Assembly: GCF_009914755.1 (NCBI RefSeq)
Contig: NC_060933.1
DNA length: 64,000 nucleotides
Direction: 5' to 3' (one strand)
From: the human T2T-CHM13v2.0 reference genome, Homo sapiens
Positions 14,518 through 30,336 of this stretch are shown here, piece after piece. The notes under the pieces are model-generated. The model was not told where the DNA came from. It saw only the letters and a program-made list of their open reading frames with translations, and made no database searches. The translations under genes and the position numbers were made by a program. Numbering within the stretch: the stretch's first letter is position 1; each line of letters begins with the position of its first letter.

Positions 14518-14736
<219 letters not shown>

Positions 14737-14739
14737 TAG

Positions 14740-15234
<495 letters not shown>

Positions 15235-15339
15235 TAAACGTAATCCATCACATAAATAGAACCAATGACAAAAACCACATGATTATCTCAATAGATGCAG
15301 AAAAGGCCTTTGACAAAATTCAACAGTCTTTCATGCTAA

Positions 15340-15546
<207 letters not shown>

Positions 15547-16254
15547 TAAAGGGTATTCGATTAGGAAAAGAGGAAGTCAAATCGTCCCTGTTTGCAGATG
15601 ACATGACTGCATATTTAGAAAACCCCATCATCTCAACCCAAAATCGCCTTAAGCTGATAAGCAAATTCAGCGAAGTCTCAGGATACAAAATCAATGTGCA
15701 AAAACACAAGCATTGCTATATACCAATAATAGACAAACAGAAAGCCAAATCATGAGTGAACTCCCATTCACAACTGCTACAAAGAGAATAAAATACCTAG
15801 GAATAAAACTTCCAAGGGATATGAAGGACCTCTTCAAGGATAACTACAAACCACTGCTCAAGGAAATAAGAGAGGACACAAACAAATGAAAAAATATTCC
15901 ATGCTCATGGATAGGTAGAATCAATAGTGTGGAAATGGCCATACTGCCCAAGGTAATTGATAGATTTAATGCTATTCCCATCAAGCTACCATTGCCTTTC
16001 TTCATAGAATTTGACAAAACTACTTTAAATTTCACATGGAACCAAATAAGAGCCCATAAGGCCAAGACAATCCTAAGCAAAAAGAACAAAGCTGGAGGCA
16101 TCGTACTACTTGGCTTCAAACTATACTAGAAGATTACAGTAACCAAAATAGCATGGTACAGGTACCAAAACAGATATATAGACCAAAGGAACAGAACAGA
16201 GGCCTCAGAAATAACACCACACAACTACAACCATCTGATCTTTGACAAAGTTGA

Positions 16255-16359
<105 letters not shown>

Positions 16360-17645
16360 TAAAAATCAACTCAAGATGGATTAAAGATTTAAATGTAAGA
16401 CCTAAAACCATAAAAACCCAGGAGAAAACCTAGGCAATACCATTCAGGACATAGGCAAGGGCAAGGACTTCATGACTAAAACACCGAAAGCAATTGCAAC
16501 AAAAGCCAAAATTGATAACTGGGATCTAATTAAACTAAAGAGCTTCTGCACAGTGAAAGAAACTATCATCTGAATGTACAGACAACCTACAGAATGGGAG
16601 AAAATTTTTGCAATCTATCCATTTGACAAAGGACTAATATCTAGAATCTATAAGGAACTTAAACAAATTTACAAAAAAAAAAAACAAACGACGCCATCAA
16701 AAAGTGGGCGAAGGATATGAACAGACACTTCTCAAAAGAAGACATTTATACAGACAAGAAACATATGAAAAAAAGCTCATGATCACTGGTCATTAGAGAA
16801 ATGCAAATCAAAACCGCAATGAGATACCATCTCACACCAGTTAGAATGGCGCTCATTTAAAAGTCATGAAACAACAGATGCTGGAGAGGATGTGGAGAAA
16901 TAGGCATGCTTTTACACTGTTGGTGGGAGTGTAAATTAGTTCAATCATTGTGAAAGACAGTGCAGCTATTCCTCAAGGATCTAGAACCAGAAATATCATC
17001 TGACCCAGCAATCCCATTACTGTTACCTAAATCAACTCCACTCGCATTCTGCCTCCTGCTTTTATCTCTGAGAGTAGATTCCACCAACTTTCCATTGCTG
17101 TATTAATCCACATTCTTTCTCCTAATAACTGTGTTATGAATTGACCCTGTAGCAATAAAATCTGACCCTTCTCATCACATTGAGTTAATATGCATTGAAA
17201 TGCTGCTTTATCTGATGTTTTATCTCCTCCTTCTTTCCCTTTCATTCTTTCCCTCTCCATTTCCTCTTTCCTAATTTGTTTTGTACATATGTTAGCTTAA
17301 TCATTTACTCATGAATTTTTTGAGTCACATTTAAAGACTTATTTCTATAATTATAAAAATTAAGAATTACACATTATCTAATATGTTCTCTTAGTGTAAA
17401 AAGAGTTAAATCAGTATACTTTTTCTTCCTCCTAAAATTTTGTTATTTTTTACCTTCTAGTTTTTATAAGGCATAATCTAAGACTTCCAGTAAGTTTATT
17501 CTTGTCAAGTTATCATTTCTAATATTCTATTTATATATTTTATTCAAAGAACTATTTATGACATACAATTATCTATATACAAGGTATGTTTAAATGAAAT
17601 ATCATTATGTTTAAATGAATGCAATTCTCACATTTACTTCTATAG

Positions 17646-18105
<460 letters not shown>

Positions 18106-18804
18106 TAGCCTAAAATAGGTCCTTGTGCATTTTCTTAGTGGAAAGAAACACAGGCATTGTATTTGTAGAGTTTGTATGTCTGATTTTTCCTATTTTCTTA
18201 CATATTAATATCAACCTTAATGAGAAACTAATATCTTTGCCTTCTTCAGCAGCTTTTTTAAGTTGTGCAGACATTAGTCTATTCTTCTGGCATCTAATAT
18301 TAAAGAAGAGTTTGAAGCCATAGTTGATATTTATTTTCTTGTAGATAACTTGATTTTCTTCATGAATTCTCATAATACTTTCACATTTCAAAATGCTACC
18401 AGGTTGTGTTATTTCTTCACTCTCCCTTCCCCTGACAAAATTTTAGACTTTTCCCCTGACATAAACTGGATGAGATTACTTTTGATTTACCATTCAATAG
18501 TGCAGAAATCTGAGGTTCCCTAAATTTTAGCTGAGTGTCGCCCCAGAAAGGAAATGTTGACTCTGTGCTTTCTTCTTTGGGTTTTATGAGCCTGTTGACA
18601 TAAGCAGAACCTTCCTAAACCTAATTATGTATTTAGTCTAAACTAGACCAGATTTGAGATATTCAGCCTCTTTTCTCATGCTACAGAATGAAACAGCTTC
18701 AGATAGAGTCCAAGAGACAGAGAAACCATACGTCTCCCTGAGTTTCCATTTGGTGTCATTATGTTTGCCCCTGAACAATCATTTTCTCAAGAATTTAGAG
18801 GAAA

Positions 18805-18940
18805 AATCACAGGGAACTTGCTGGAAATTTACATTCTTAAGCCTCATACCAGAGCTTCTTAATCAGAATAACTGGGTGTAACTTGAAAGATCTTCAATGT
18901 TTTTGGTTTTTTGTTTTTTTTTTGTAAGCAACCCGGGACT
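18805..18940. mobile_element. MER5-like hAT MITE remnant
   Basis: ggaaatttacattcttaagcctcataccagagcttcttaatcagaat resembles MER5A/B. Confidence 0.45.
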
Positions 18941-20277
18941 AAGTGATGGAAGACAGTGCCCTGGGATCTCACAACAAGAACTAGTTGGGTGCCCCTATTC
19001 CGACACCTACCTTTGCCTTTATTTCTTTGTCCCATGGAATTAGGACAAGTGTCTGCCAAATTCTTACTAATGCCCCTCAGCACTACACTGTTTTCCCATG
19101 AAAGAGAAATTGTGAGTGGGCCCTTGGTATCACCCTTGAATTCTGCCTCATCTTCATTCTGGAAGAATTAGAAGGAAGACCTCCTTCCCAAAAGAATTTC
19201 CAGCAACAAAATAGACTCTTCTGTATTTTCCTAGTTCTTTTATCATTATTAGCCAAGATATGCATGCATGGAACATTAGTAAGTTGAACATGAGTTGAAA
19301 TTTTATTCTAAAAACCTTCCTAATACAATTTAAAATTTTTAAAAGTTCATGTTGATGGACTGCTGAATGAAGTGTATCTTCCTGTGGAAGACGTTGTTTA
19401 TTATAATATCAATATCTTTCTACATGCATCAAAATGCCAGGTCTTCTTATGTTCATGTAACCTAAAAATCTTAAATAACTCCTGTTCTATCTCACTTGGA
19501 CACCAAATGCTGACACATCTTACCTTAGCTAACTGTTATCTGCCACACATTATACATGCTATACATCAATTCTATTTAAGCACAAAAAGAAGAACCAAAA
19601 AATTACGCAGATTTTCAGGACATAGTGTTCGATGACATCTTGATGAGAATACCAAGTCCTGGGCGTTGGCAGAATCAGATGTTTTACTGTCTTGTCCAGG
19701 TAACTATATGAATGGGATTTCTAGAACTCATCTGCAGTGTCATCACAATAAATGGGCCCACTAACCATCATTAAAGAGACAGCCACCCTACATAGATAGT
19801 GTGGGTATTATTATGAATGGAAAGAGTTGGCAAGAAACAGGGAACAGTGGAAGAAGGAGAGATACTGAAATTCAAAGCCTATTGGCTCAGACAGTAAGAC
19901 AAAAAAAAAAAAGAAAAAAGACAAGCTCCAGGAACACTAGCTGACTTGGGGGCCTTGCATGAATTTGGCAAAAAGCAGAAAGCGGAAAAACAAAAACAAA
20001 CAAACAAACAAAAACAAGAAGTACTGCATTGAAGGCAGGGGCCCAAGTTACCTAGGTCTAAGGGTGGTAATGTTATAATCACACAAAGGTGCAGTATGCA
20101 ATGGAAGCTTTAAACCTAGGTATCGCATTCACTGAAAACGTTTTCAGCTAAAGTGTCTCCTTCAATTAGTGCTGTTCAAAATAAAATAATTGGGAAAGTA
20201 CATGACCCATAATATGTGAGGCTTTTAAGATTCTGACACAGAACAAATTACTTTTCGGGTGAAAAATTTTAGGAAGG

Positions 20278-20762
20278 TATTTTGGTCATCTATTTTTGTA
20301 TAACAAATTACCCCCAAACATAAAAGTTTAAACACTATCCCTTTTGGTTACTAGCTCACCTTTGTGACTTGGACAGGCTTGTTAGAGAGAACCTGTCTTG
20401 GCCCCTGGTAGTGTCACCCATGATGGCTCAGCTTGGGCCATCTATCTCGGACTTCAGTTTTCACTGTTGTTTAGGTTTCTCAGTTCCCCTCCCTGTGGTT
20501 AGCTTGGACTTCCTCACAATATGGTAATCTCGAGTCAGTCAGACTTTTTGCATGGTAGCTAGGTTTCTGCAGAATGCAAAAATAAACATTACCAGGTCTT
20601 CTTAAGGCATAGACATGGAGCTGGCAAACAGTTGCTTCTGCCACATTTTATTGATTAAGGTATATTAAAGGGCCAGCCCAGAATCAAGGGGAGGGGACCG
20701 AATGAGGACATATATTCGCAGAGGCATAGTTTATTAGAGCACCCAAATACCAATTAACTACA
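20278..20762 (-). mobile_element. MaLR LTR (MLT1G/H-like)
   Basis: tataacaaattacccccaaac...cttctgccacattttattg...ggccagcccagaatcaagggg...actaca. Confidence 0.8.
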
Positions 20763-21953
20763 GAGGGAAAAATTTTTCTTTATATCCAGACAAATATGGG
20801 TGAGTATTTAGTTGTCTAAAGAAATGTGTCTATATTTTAAGTATTTCTTCAAAAAGTCACGTGACCTAGTACTCAAAGTCATCGAACTAAAATTTATGAT
20901 TTGATACTATTAATAGCATAAATTTTCTGCAGAAACAGAAAAACCACAAAGGTTTAAGATTGCATTGTGAAAGTAACAACAGCTGTTAAAAAATGAAAGT
21001 AGTAAAAATTTAAGCAAGGGTCGGCATAAATTTCATTCACAAACCTCTCAGAAAAGTGAAATAAGTTGATGTCGATGACTCTACATAAAATAGTGACATA
21101 AAATGGAATGAAATCAATTGTTATAGATAATCCTTTTTCAAAAAAGCCGCATAATGCATCTCCTTTCTGTTATTTGTGTGTGTGTGTGTGTATCCTTGAG
21201 TAATGTAACTATTCAGTTTAGGAATATATTCCCAGACAGCATTAAGAGAGACTGCTTTTTTAAGCCGAGAAGGAAAAAGTCTAAACTCTCAGCATCTGTC
21301 AGGATCTTATGGAAAAGAGTCAGACAATTTTTAGGTATTTAAGAATAATAACTAAATTAATATGTAGTCAAATAACAGTGGGACTGAGCTTACATACTGT
21401 TGTATTTAAGAAAAAATGGTGTGAAGGCAATTTGTAAAGAAATATAAAATGTATTTTTAAGGTAGTAAATGTATTAGGTATAATAGAACTTTACCCAAAT
21501 TTGTTGTGGAATAAAGTTCTCTGTTCCACTGAATATTATAAATTAATATAACTTGGATGATTCAAAAGCTTAAAAAGTTTTTGAATAATCATTGTAAGCA
21601 TTCATTCAAATTCAATACCAATGTAAATATATTTGAATTTTTTTAATTTGCAAAACAATTTTGCTTATATTACCTACATAATGCTTGCAACTACTCTGTA
21701 GAGTAGTTCTTCCAATTTTTGTTTTAGTGATCAAATGAAATACTCTCTTAACTGGCCACAGTTTTTTCTCCAATTTTAGAGTTCATTCTCTACTATAAAA
21801 GTTCAACATATTATTGTTTGGCACAGTGGTATTGTCTAATACATTTGCCCTGAATCAATAGAATGATGTTACGTGAGGGTGCCAGAAGGCCAATGTAAGG
21901 ACAGAGTTTACAGGACATGATAAGAAGATTCCAGCACACCGGCTGACTCTTAC

Positions 21954-22121
21954 CACAGGTCCCACATGGCAACAGCTGATTGAGTGGGTTGGCCACTGTT
22001 CCTCCTCTTGCAGGGAGCAGGCACGCTTTGAAAAAGGACTTAGGATCTCATGTTTGCTATAATACCACCACTGTATTTCTGGCGATCTTGGCTCCTTTCT
22101 TCAAGTTTTACAGCCTCTGAC
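21954..22121 (-). other. Candidate cryptic or lncRNA exon (168 nt)
   Basis: Acceptor ttctaattgccatttttactttag|G with branch-like CTAAT; donor GTG|gtaaga; stops in all three frames; unique sequence. Confidence 0.4.
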
Positions 22122-25100
22122 CTAAAGTAAAAATGGCAATTAGAAATTCATTTACTGAAGTTAAATTGTACAAAAGAGTTCATTCTACTCTACCGTTAGT
22201 TACAGAAGTCAATTTTTTGACAGAAGATTGGATGAATATGGGTTCTACATGCAGACCAGCCTTAAGGGCAGTAGGCCTGGGTAGGATGTTCCAGTGCTGA
22301 GTAAACACTGGGGAAGGAGGCTGAGGGTAAACAGGAGACAGCCTTGGATCATAGACACCAGGAGAAGGGAGAGCTTCTCAAGTTGGAGAGGACACTTGAA
22401 CAGACAGAATGAAGTCATTAGTGCATGTCAAACATCTTGCTGAGATTTTAGGGGGTAGTCTGAGCCAGGGATAAGATTGATACTGATTTCTCAGTATTTT
22501 CCATGATATAATTGTATGTTAAGGAGGTTTGACAGAAAGTTACCTACTTAAATCACATCACTTTCTATTTTGTTATTGTATTTTTTTTTCCATGGGAGCT
22601 GATAAAATCTGCCTACAAAAATCAGTTTTAAATAGGGTTAGTTATAAATCTTCTGAGATCTGAAAAATTTGTTACAGAAAGAATTTCTCTGAATTACTTT
22701 TTTTCCCCAATCAAGGGTGTATACATTTGACCAAATAATGCCCTTTATACGAAGACTCTGATTAATTTCTTTCAAATCTCTAGACCAAGAAAATACTTGT
22801 TTCTACAGAGAAGTTGACACATTTTATTCTACTATGTTTCTGAACGTTTAGTTTTTCTCTTTCCCATGGTTTCTGGGATGCTTAGAGCTAATATTTTTAT
22901 GAAATTGTGCAGGTTTATGAAACACAAATTTTTGAAATTTTTTTAGCTTTTCCTCACCCTTTGATGACTGATTTGCCCACTTAAAGAAAAACAAATCTCG
23001 TACTAATTTGTGTATTACAGAACTTTGGAGTTTTATTGGTTGTTAACTCTCTTCTAGAAGTGTGAATAAATCATTTTCATATACATATTTCTAAATTTTT
23101 CCTAGGGATACCACTGAACTCAAAGTAATGTGTTTGACTAATTATTGATAATCACTTAACACAGTTGTCAAATTTCTTTCTTCGGTTTTTGAGATTTGAA
23201 GTTAAAAGAGAAATTATGTTATTCCTTGTTGAGAATGTACCCTTTCTGTGTTACTGAGTCAGTCACTTAATTTATCTTGTATTTTCATTTGTAATATAAA
23301 ATCAAGGATGTCTATTTCTCTGAATTCTGAGCATATCCAATGAGATAATATATTTGAAACATTTTGTAAGCTATAAAGTGGTAACGGTAAACTGTTATTA
23401 TTAATTCCTCATAAATTAAAGCACAGGAAAGCTAACATTTTGACAATTTTATTCAAAATTAATTGGAATTTACAAATGTATGTATGCAACATGTTGGGAT
23501 TTAAATATCTTGTTGAAATTAATATACAAAACAATCGTTTAAGTAAATTTCTTTAAGTGGCTTAATGTCTGTCAGTCAATCAAAGAAATAACAACCTTTG
23601 CATAGGTAGTGCTATCTGCTCAGCCTTAAAGAGCAATGAATACATTTTTATCAATTTCATTCATTTACTTGACTTTTCTCTTTCCTCAAAACTATGCTTC
23701 ATTTGAACAATATTTTTAATATGTATTTTGTTTTCTATTTATATGGTTACCACTGTATTTCTCAAATGTTCATCACCTTTATCTGAATCAAAGTTGTCTA
23801 TCTTTAATCACCAGCCCTAACATGCAGAGAATCCATCTACACAATTGCCAAAAACGTCACTTCATAATGATCCAAGCATAAATTGACACATTATAAACTT
23901 GATTTGTTAGTAATCATATAGAGGAGTTAACATTTTAAAAATAAAATTAGATCCCTCCTCCTTGCTCTTCTCTGTAGTAGCAGAAACCCAGACCTAATCT
24001 ACTGATCTAACTAAAATATATTCAAGTGGAAACATAGAGATTTTAATATATGTTTTTGCTACATTATTTTCAACTAGAAGTAATCTTTTAAAAATGCATT
24101 TTAGTATCCCAGATGGGAAAGTAGAAATGGAAAATAGGAAAGATATTTCACTTGGTTTTGGAAGGAAAGCACATCAATTAACAGATTTTAAATTATTGGC
24201 CTGCTTTCACAAATTAATGTATTTTGAGGCAGTGTGTATATGCAGAAAAGAAGTTTCATAGTATCTGTTACTATTCCTTTAAGAACTGTAACTTCAGTAA
24301 GAAAGTAATGAGTTGAAAGAATTAGAAAGACATCAGGAGCCTTCTAACAATTAGAAGAATCTGTTAATTAGCACAGAATATGAATCTTAAGCTGCCTTGC
24401 TCATCAAATCATTTATTTTAATGAAGCAATGTTGATCAGAAACCTTACTAACACAAAAAATAATTATAAAAAAAAATTAAATAAGCAAAAGGCTTCAACA
24501 GAAATATGGCCCAGGACTACAAGACGTAGATTCACTTAAAATTGAGATGATGATGTTATATTACCTTTCTTTTGATGCTTCTGCCCAAATTAATTAACTG
24601 AAATTAACTGAAATTTGATTTATCAATATAAAGGAAGAATGTATCCACCATGCCAAACAGGGTGAAAATGACCCATTAGGCTGGCCATGTTAAGAGATTA
24701 GAAAAAATAGGACTGGCTCAGTGTCCATTTAAATAACCACCATGAGAGTTCACTATTCATGATCATTGTGAAGAAATGAGAAAATTGTAACAGCAGCTAT
24801 TCAGAGTTCATCAATTGATATTTCATTGAATTTTAAAATATCAAGTAGAAAAGAATTAAAGAAGTATTAGTGAGTGCAATGGAGGCTTAGAATATGTGAT
24901 GGAGAACAGTATGTCTGGCATGTGAGTGCTTTCATAGAATTTATCAGCATATAGACTTAACTGGTTTTATTACCTTGTGAGAATTGACTTTATGTGCCCA
25001 GCCTAGTTTTCCTAGTATCTCTCTAAAACTCAAGTTAGCCCTCTATTTTCAGTCCCTCCTTTGGGCTCCCAGAGTGTATATTTATTTTTTGGTGAGTTTT

Positions 25101-26189
25101 TTCTCTCTGAAGTGTACTACAAAATCCTGGCTTTATACTTTGATTATAAGCAGAATTACTGTGTGTCAGGTCTTATTACCTTGTAACCTAAGAAGAATGC
25201 TATGATATGAATGACATGAATCTGAGTTTCACACACGAGAGAGACAAAGAGAGAGAGAAGAGAAAGAGAGAGAAATAGGAATTTAGAAGTCCACAAAAAT
25301 GTTTTAATTTATTTTAACCTCAAAATAAAATTATTTTTAGTTTGAGAAAACACTTTACTACATAATGTTACTATATTTATCTTTATATTGATATTGTCAT
25401 AGTATATACTTTTTAGTTATTTGTTATTTTTTAAAAGAAAAAGAGGCCCACAAACATCATATTATGGCCTTGAAAGCGATAAAGAGAGAAACAAAGAGAA
25501 AATTTACTTCCACCATTGAAGAAAATAACTTTCAGGCTTAGGTCTGAGACCTCATGTATTATGACACCAGGTAAAAATATTGAACCTCCCCTAAACCCAG
25601 GAGGTCAGGGATGTTTCTGCTTTTTCTTATTTTCACTATCGCATAAGTTAAATTGGCGGTTCTAGACTACTACTAATGAAGTTCAGGTATTAAAACCAGA
25701 TGTAAAGACCTAAGTTCAAATACTATTGATAAATAATAACTTATTTATTGAGCATTTACTATATTAAGCTTCTGATAAATTGTCTTGTCACAATAATCCT
25801 ATGAGATGATTATGATTATTAACAACCATTATTATTACAAATAACAATAACTTAATTATTAATTAAGTCTAAAGACTTCACTTCCCTTAGCTGAAAAGTC
25901 ATTAATAATAATCATCATCTCATAGATAAATAATAATCTTCACATAGATAAAGGGATCTGTACACCCTTAGCCATATTAGGCCTCAAATTATTTTCGAGA
26001 TTAAAGGGAATTATAAATTTATTTCATTATTCACCTTTTTGTTGAGATCCTGAAGTGCACATTATTTCAAAATTTTAACTTATTTAACCTATAAATATTT
26101 ACTTCTATAAATATTTATTTCTCTAAAGAGTTATGAAGTTGAATCCTAAAAAAAGAAGGATTAAGAGCAGTTTAACTTCAAACTGCTAA

Positions 26190-26830
26190 TGTCATATATT
26201 GAATTGATGGAAAAGCCGCTGCCTGAGGAAGTATAAATTGGTATAACACCTTTGAATACCACAGTTTGGTAGCACCTGGTAAAGTTGAACATATGTGCAC
26301 ACCAGGGCCCAACAATCCCATTCCAAGGTACACACCCAAAGAAAGGAGTATGCGTGTGCCGCTAAATATTCAAGAATATTAAACTGGAAGGATCACATAT
26401 ATCCATCACAACATTAAGTATATATACATTATACTATATTCATATGATGGAATGCTCTGTTGCAATGAAAATGAACTAACTACCTTCATGCACAAAACCA
26501 TGGCTGAGTTTTACAACTGTACTCTTGAAAGAAAACTGATACAAAAGAATGCATGTGACTGTATAATTCCATTTTTATAAAGTTCAAAAACAGACAAAAT
26601 TCAGTTATAGCTCTAGAAGTTGAGACAGTGGTTTCCCTGGGTGAGGGTTGAAGAGATTTTGATTGAAATGGATCACCAGAATGGCTTGTAGATTCCAGTA
26701 ATGATCTCTTTTTTTGACCTAGGGGCTATTTCACTACTGTGTTCACTATTTGATAATTTATTGAATTTAGGATTTATGAACTTTTATTATGCATATCATA
26801 TTTCAGTATACAAATATTTTTAAATGAAGG
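26190..26830 (+). mobile_element. Old L1M (L1ME/MC-like) 3' region
   Basis: gaagtataaattggtataacacctttg...ccaacaatcccattcc...gcaatgaaaatgaactaacta...aaagttcaaaaacagacaaaa. Confidence 0.75.
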
Positions 26831-27882
26831 TAAAAATTCATGCTGTTAAAATTCTACATTGTGTTAAACTGCATGCAAATAGAATATAATAGAGGAATAG
26901 ATAGAACTTTTCTTATGAGACTTGCTAACTTGTGGAGGAAATTATCAAAAAAGAAAGAAGTCTGCATTAGCCTGACATGCTTTTGTAGGACTAACTCAGA
27001 CAGAATATAAGGGCAGACTTCTGCGATGATAAATGGAGATATAAGGAATTGATTTAATTGAGATGAGGATAAAACCAATACAGTAGATTTACACATTCCC
27101 TAAATTGTAAAATCTATGTATTTTCCCTCTTTAAAGACTTAGTTATCTATCCTGAAGTTGTGTTCTGATTTAATTGTAGAATATTGCAAGGTAGAAACTT
27201 ACTAAATCAATGATTTCTGACCTGTTTTTATAAATTATTGTGTTAAGGCTACCATATATGAGAGGGAGAAAAACAGCGATTATAAAAATAATTTTAGAAG
27301 TTAAAAAGCAAAGGGTGGCTTCGAGCTATAAAAATAATATTTGACAAATATTTATAGCTTGGTAACTCTAAATAGTTTAATGTCTTTTGTATTCTCTCTG
27401 ACACATTTTGGTCTAAAATAGATTAAATAAATGATAAAATCCATGCTGGGCTCTGCTTTAGTCTGCATGCTGCTGAGCAATCATCAAAGTTAACCAGTAA
27501 TTTAAGAAATAGATCTATTATTATCTCCCAATGATTAGGTCAGATCAGTCAGGTTGGAATCCTCATTAGTGATGACAAGGGTCTCTGTGCCACTGCCCCT
27601 TAACTAACTCACGCACAGCAATGCTGTGGATATTTAATCAACTTATGAGCTATACCTTTGTGGTAAGTCTCTTTCCTCTCCAGAATGAGCAACCTGCTAT
27701 GCTCAGCATGACCCCTTTACAAAGCCCCCTGCCTGGCAGCCATATCTATCTTTGAAATAGAGGACAGACTTCTCTTCAGATAGCATTTCATCATCACCTG
27801 GCCTAAAGGATTCACATAAAACTATGGAGAAATTAAAATATTGAAGTATGAGTAGCCTATAATTTAGGATATACAGTATTAC

Positions 27883-27975
27883 CTTTTGGCTCCTAGATGA
27901 CCTGCCTCTTCTGAGAAACCCATGTATACAAGAGTCACGATCATCCTGCCAAGTGCTTGTCATGTTTGTGAAAAA
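27883..27975 (-). other. Candidate cryptic exon (93 nt, open in phase 0)
   Basis: Acceptor ggctttccttgtctag|T, donor AAG|gtaata; translates FFTNMTSTWQDDRDSCIHGFLRRGRSSRSQK. Confidence 0.35.
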
Positions 27976-28644
27976 CTAGACAAGGAAAGCCAAACTTTAA
28001 GTGCGTAGCCTATCCACCTACCAGCTCTTAGCTGAGGTCTTCATTCTCATTGTGAAATCTATTTCCATATCCCACAGAAACCCATTATCTCATCATTATT
28101 TATCATATCAAACACCTCCTTTTAATTTTAACTTCAATAGGTTTCTTTTTTTTCTGGTGGGGGTTACCCTCCCCTTCCACTTTCTTTCCATCTATTTTTA
28201 TAAATATATTTACAACCTTTGGGAGAAAAGAAAATTGTTTACACGTATAATTGCACCTAGAAAAAATCAGACTACTAATTCATGTAAACTGTTTGATCCA
28301 GAACATTGTTAGAAATTTAATTACTTGTCAAAAAGTAAAAATACTTTTTCAGTTCTGGGTCCATTAAAGAAGTAAGGTCTGCTAGCAAGAAAGACACGAA
28401 AAACTAAACCTTTGATGGCAGTAGAATTTTGATTGGTAGACACTCAAAGGAAGAAAATGTGTAACGACCAATATAAATTCCAAAGTGGCTGTTGTCTTTG
28501 TGAATTTTTAAATAGAGAATCAGTGGTTAATTTGCATGGAGACGGAAGATTGTGCTTCATTTTCTTTAAGATTACGTCCAAATTCTTTATCCTGAAATCC
28601 ATGATTTAAGAAAACATCACGTACTTCCTTATGTGATGCCAAAA

Positions 28645-29815
28645 AAAAGATACACACAAAATGGATCATAGGCCTAAACATACAAGAGCTAAAACTATAA
28701 AACTCTTTTAAGAAAACACAGGAGTAAATCTTAGTGATCTTAGGTCTGGTAAAACCTTCTTAAGCATGAGACCAAACACACAAGCACACACACACACACA
28801 CAAACAAAATTAGCTAAGCTTCATTAAAATTTAAAACCTTAGTGCTTAAAAAATGACATCAAGAAAGTGAAAATAAAATACACAGAATCAAGAAAATGTA
28901 TACAAAAATCATATATGTGAAAGTGAATTTATTTAAAGAATATATAAAGAACTAACAATAATGAAAAAACAAATTTTCATAAATGGACAGAAGGTTTGAA
29001 TAGACATTTCTTCAAAGAAGATACACAAATAGGCACCTGAAAAGATGTTCAACATAATTAGCCATTAGAGAAATACAGTGAGATACTAATTCATACTAAC
29101 AAGACTGGCTACAACCAAAAAGAAAGATAATAACAAGTGGTTGAGAGGATGTGGAGAAATTGGAACCTTTATACAAGACATGTGGGAAAGTAAAGTGTTG
29201 CAGCTGCTTTAACTAATTATTTGACAGTTCCTCAAAATGTTGAACATAGATTTACCAAATGACCCAGAAATCTCATTGCTGAGTAAATATCCAAGAGAAA
29301 TGTAAATATATGTCTATGCATAAAAAGTTGAAGGCAGTCACTGCAGCAAAAAGTGGAAATAACCCCAATATCATCCACTAATGAATGATAAATAAAATGT
29401 AAACTGTCCATACAATAGAATATTATTTAGTTTAAAGAAATAAATGAAGTAATGATATGTGCTAAAACACAAATGATTCTTGAAAATATTATGCTGCATG
29501 AAAAAAGAGAGTCACGCAAGACCACACATTATTCAATTTATATTAAATGTGAAAAATAGGTTAACCTATAAAGACAGAAAGTAGAGTAGTGGTTGACTGG
29601 GGCTGGTGGAGGGAGAAGAGTGAGTAGGAATGTGGAGTGACTTGCTAAGAGGTACAAGGCTTCTTTTGAGCATGACAAGAAGGTTCTTAAATTCACTATG
29701 ACGATGGTTTTGCAACTCTGTGAATATACTGAAAACCATTAAAGTATGCACTTTAAATGGGTGAATTGTATCATATGGAAATTATATCTCAAAAAAAGCT
29801 GTTAAAAAGTAAAAA
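28645..29815 (+). mobile_element. L1MB-like 3' fragment
   Basis: aaaatggatcataggcctaaac...gacatttcttcaaagaagatacacaaat...ctttaaatgggtgaattgtatcatatggaaattatatctcaaaaaaagctg. Confidence 0.85.
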
Positions 29816-30107
29816 ACAGTCCAGTTGGGAAGGCCTATAAGGAAACCATAGTACAAAGGTTGTCATAGACATATCTACAAGGTGTCCTAGAAGTGCAGCA
29901 GAGAAAAATCTAACATTTTTATGCCACTTAATTCTTATTGACTGCCTTGGGTCATTATGTGTGTGCCTATTAGTGCATATATGTGTGTATGTGTGTATAA
30001 CAGAGAGTCCTGCCTAGACTTAAATATGTCTGGCCCATGGAGTATTGCAACACTTCAATCACCCAGAAGGAACCTGCTTCTAGTCATGCTTTTGCATATG
30101 CTGTAAG

Positions 30108-30306
30108 CAGTGATGTGCTGGAGCCAGCAGATACCAGTTCAAGAGAGCTGAATATAGGCATCAGTTCCCAATTCTAGGTACACACTGGTTCCCTGTAACT
30201 AGCCCTGCTGGGAGTATTTACCCCATAGAAATCAGCTAATGCTACAAATCAAGGCCTTCCCCGCCACCCAAATTGTGGTTGTTAAACATTTGGAAGCATA
30301 CCACTG
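30108..30306. mobile_element. MER63-like hAT-Blackjack MITE
   Basis: Terminal inverted repeats cagtgatgtgct / agcataccactg, ~200 bp. Confidence 0.75.
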
Positions 30307-30336
30307 GGCCGCCCTTTGAAAGGGAACTCACAGTAT

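Noticed and set aside
24960-25190. Further minus-strand AAG|gtaata donors
   Set aside because: No convincing paired acceptor; expected by chance in AT-rich DNA.
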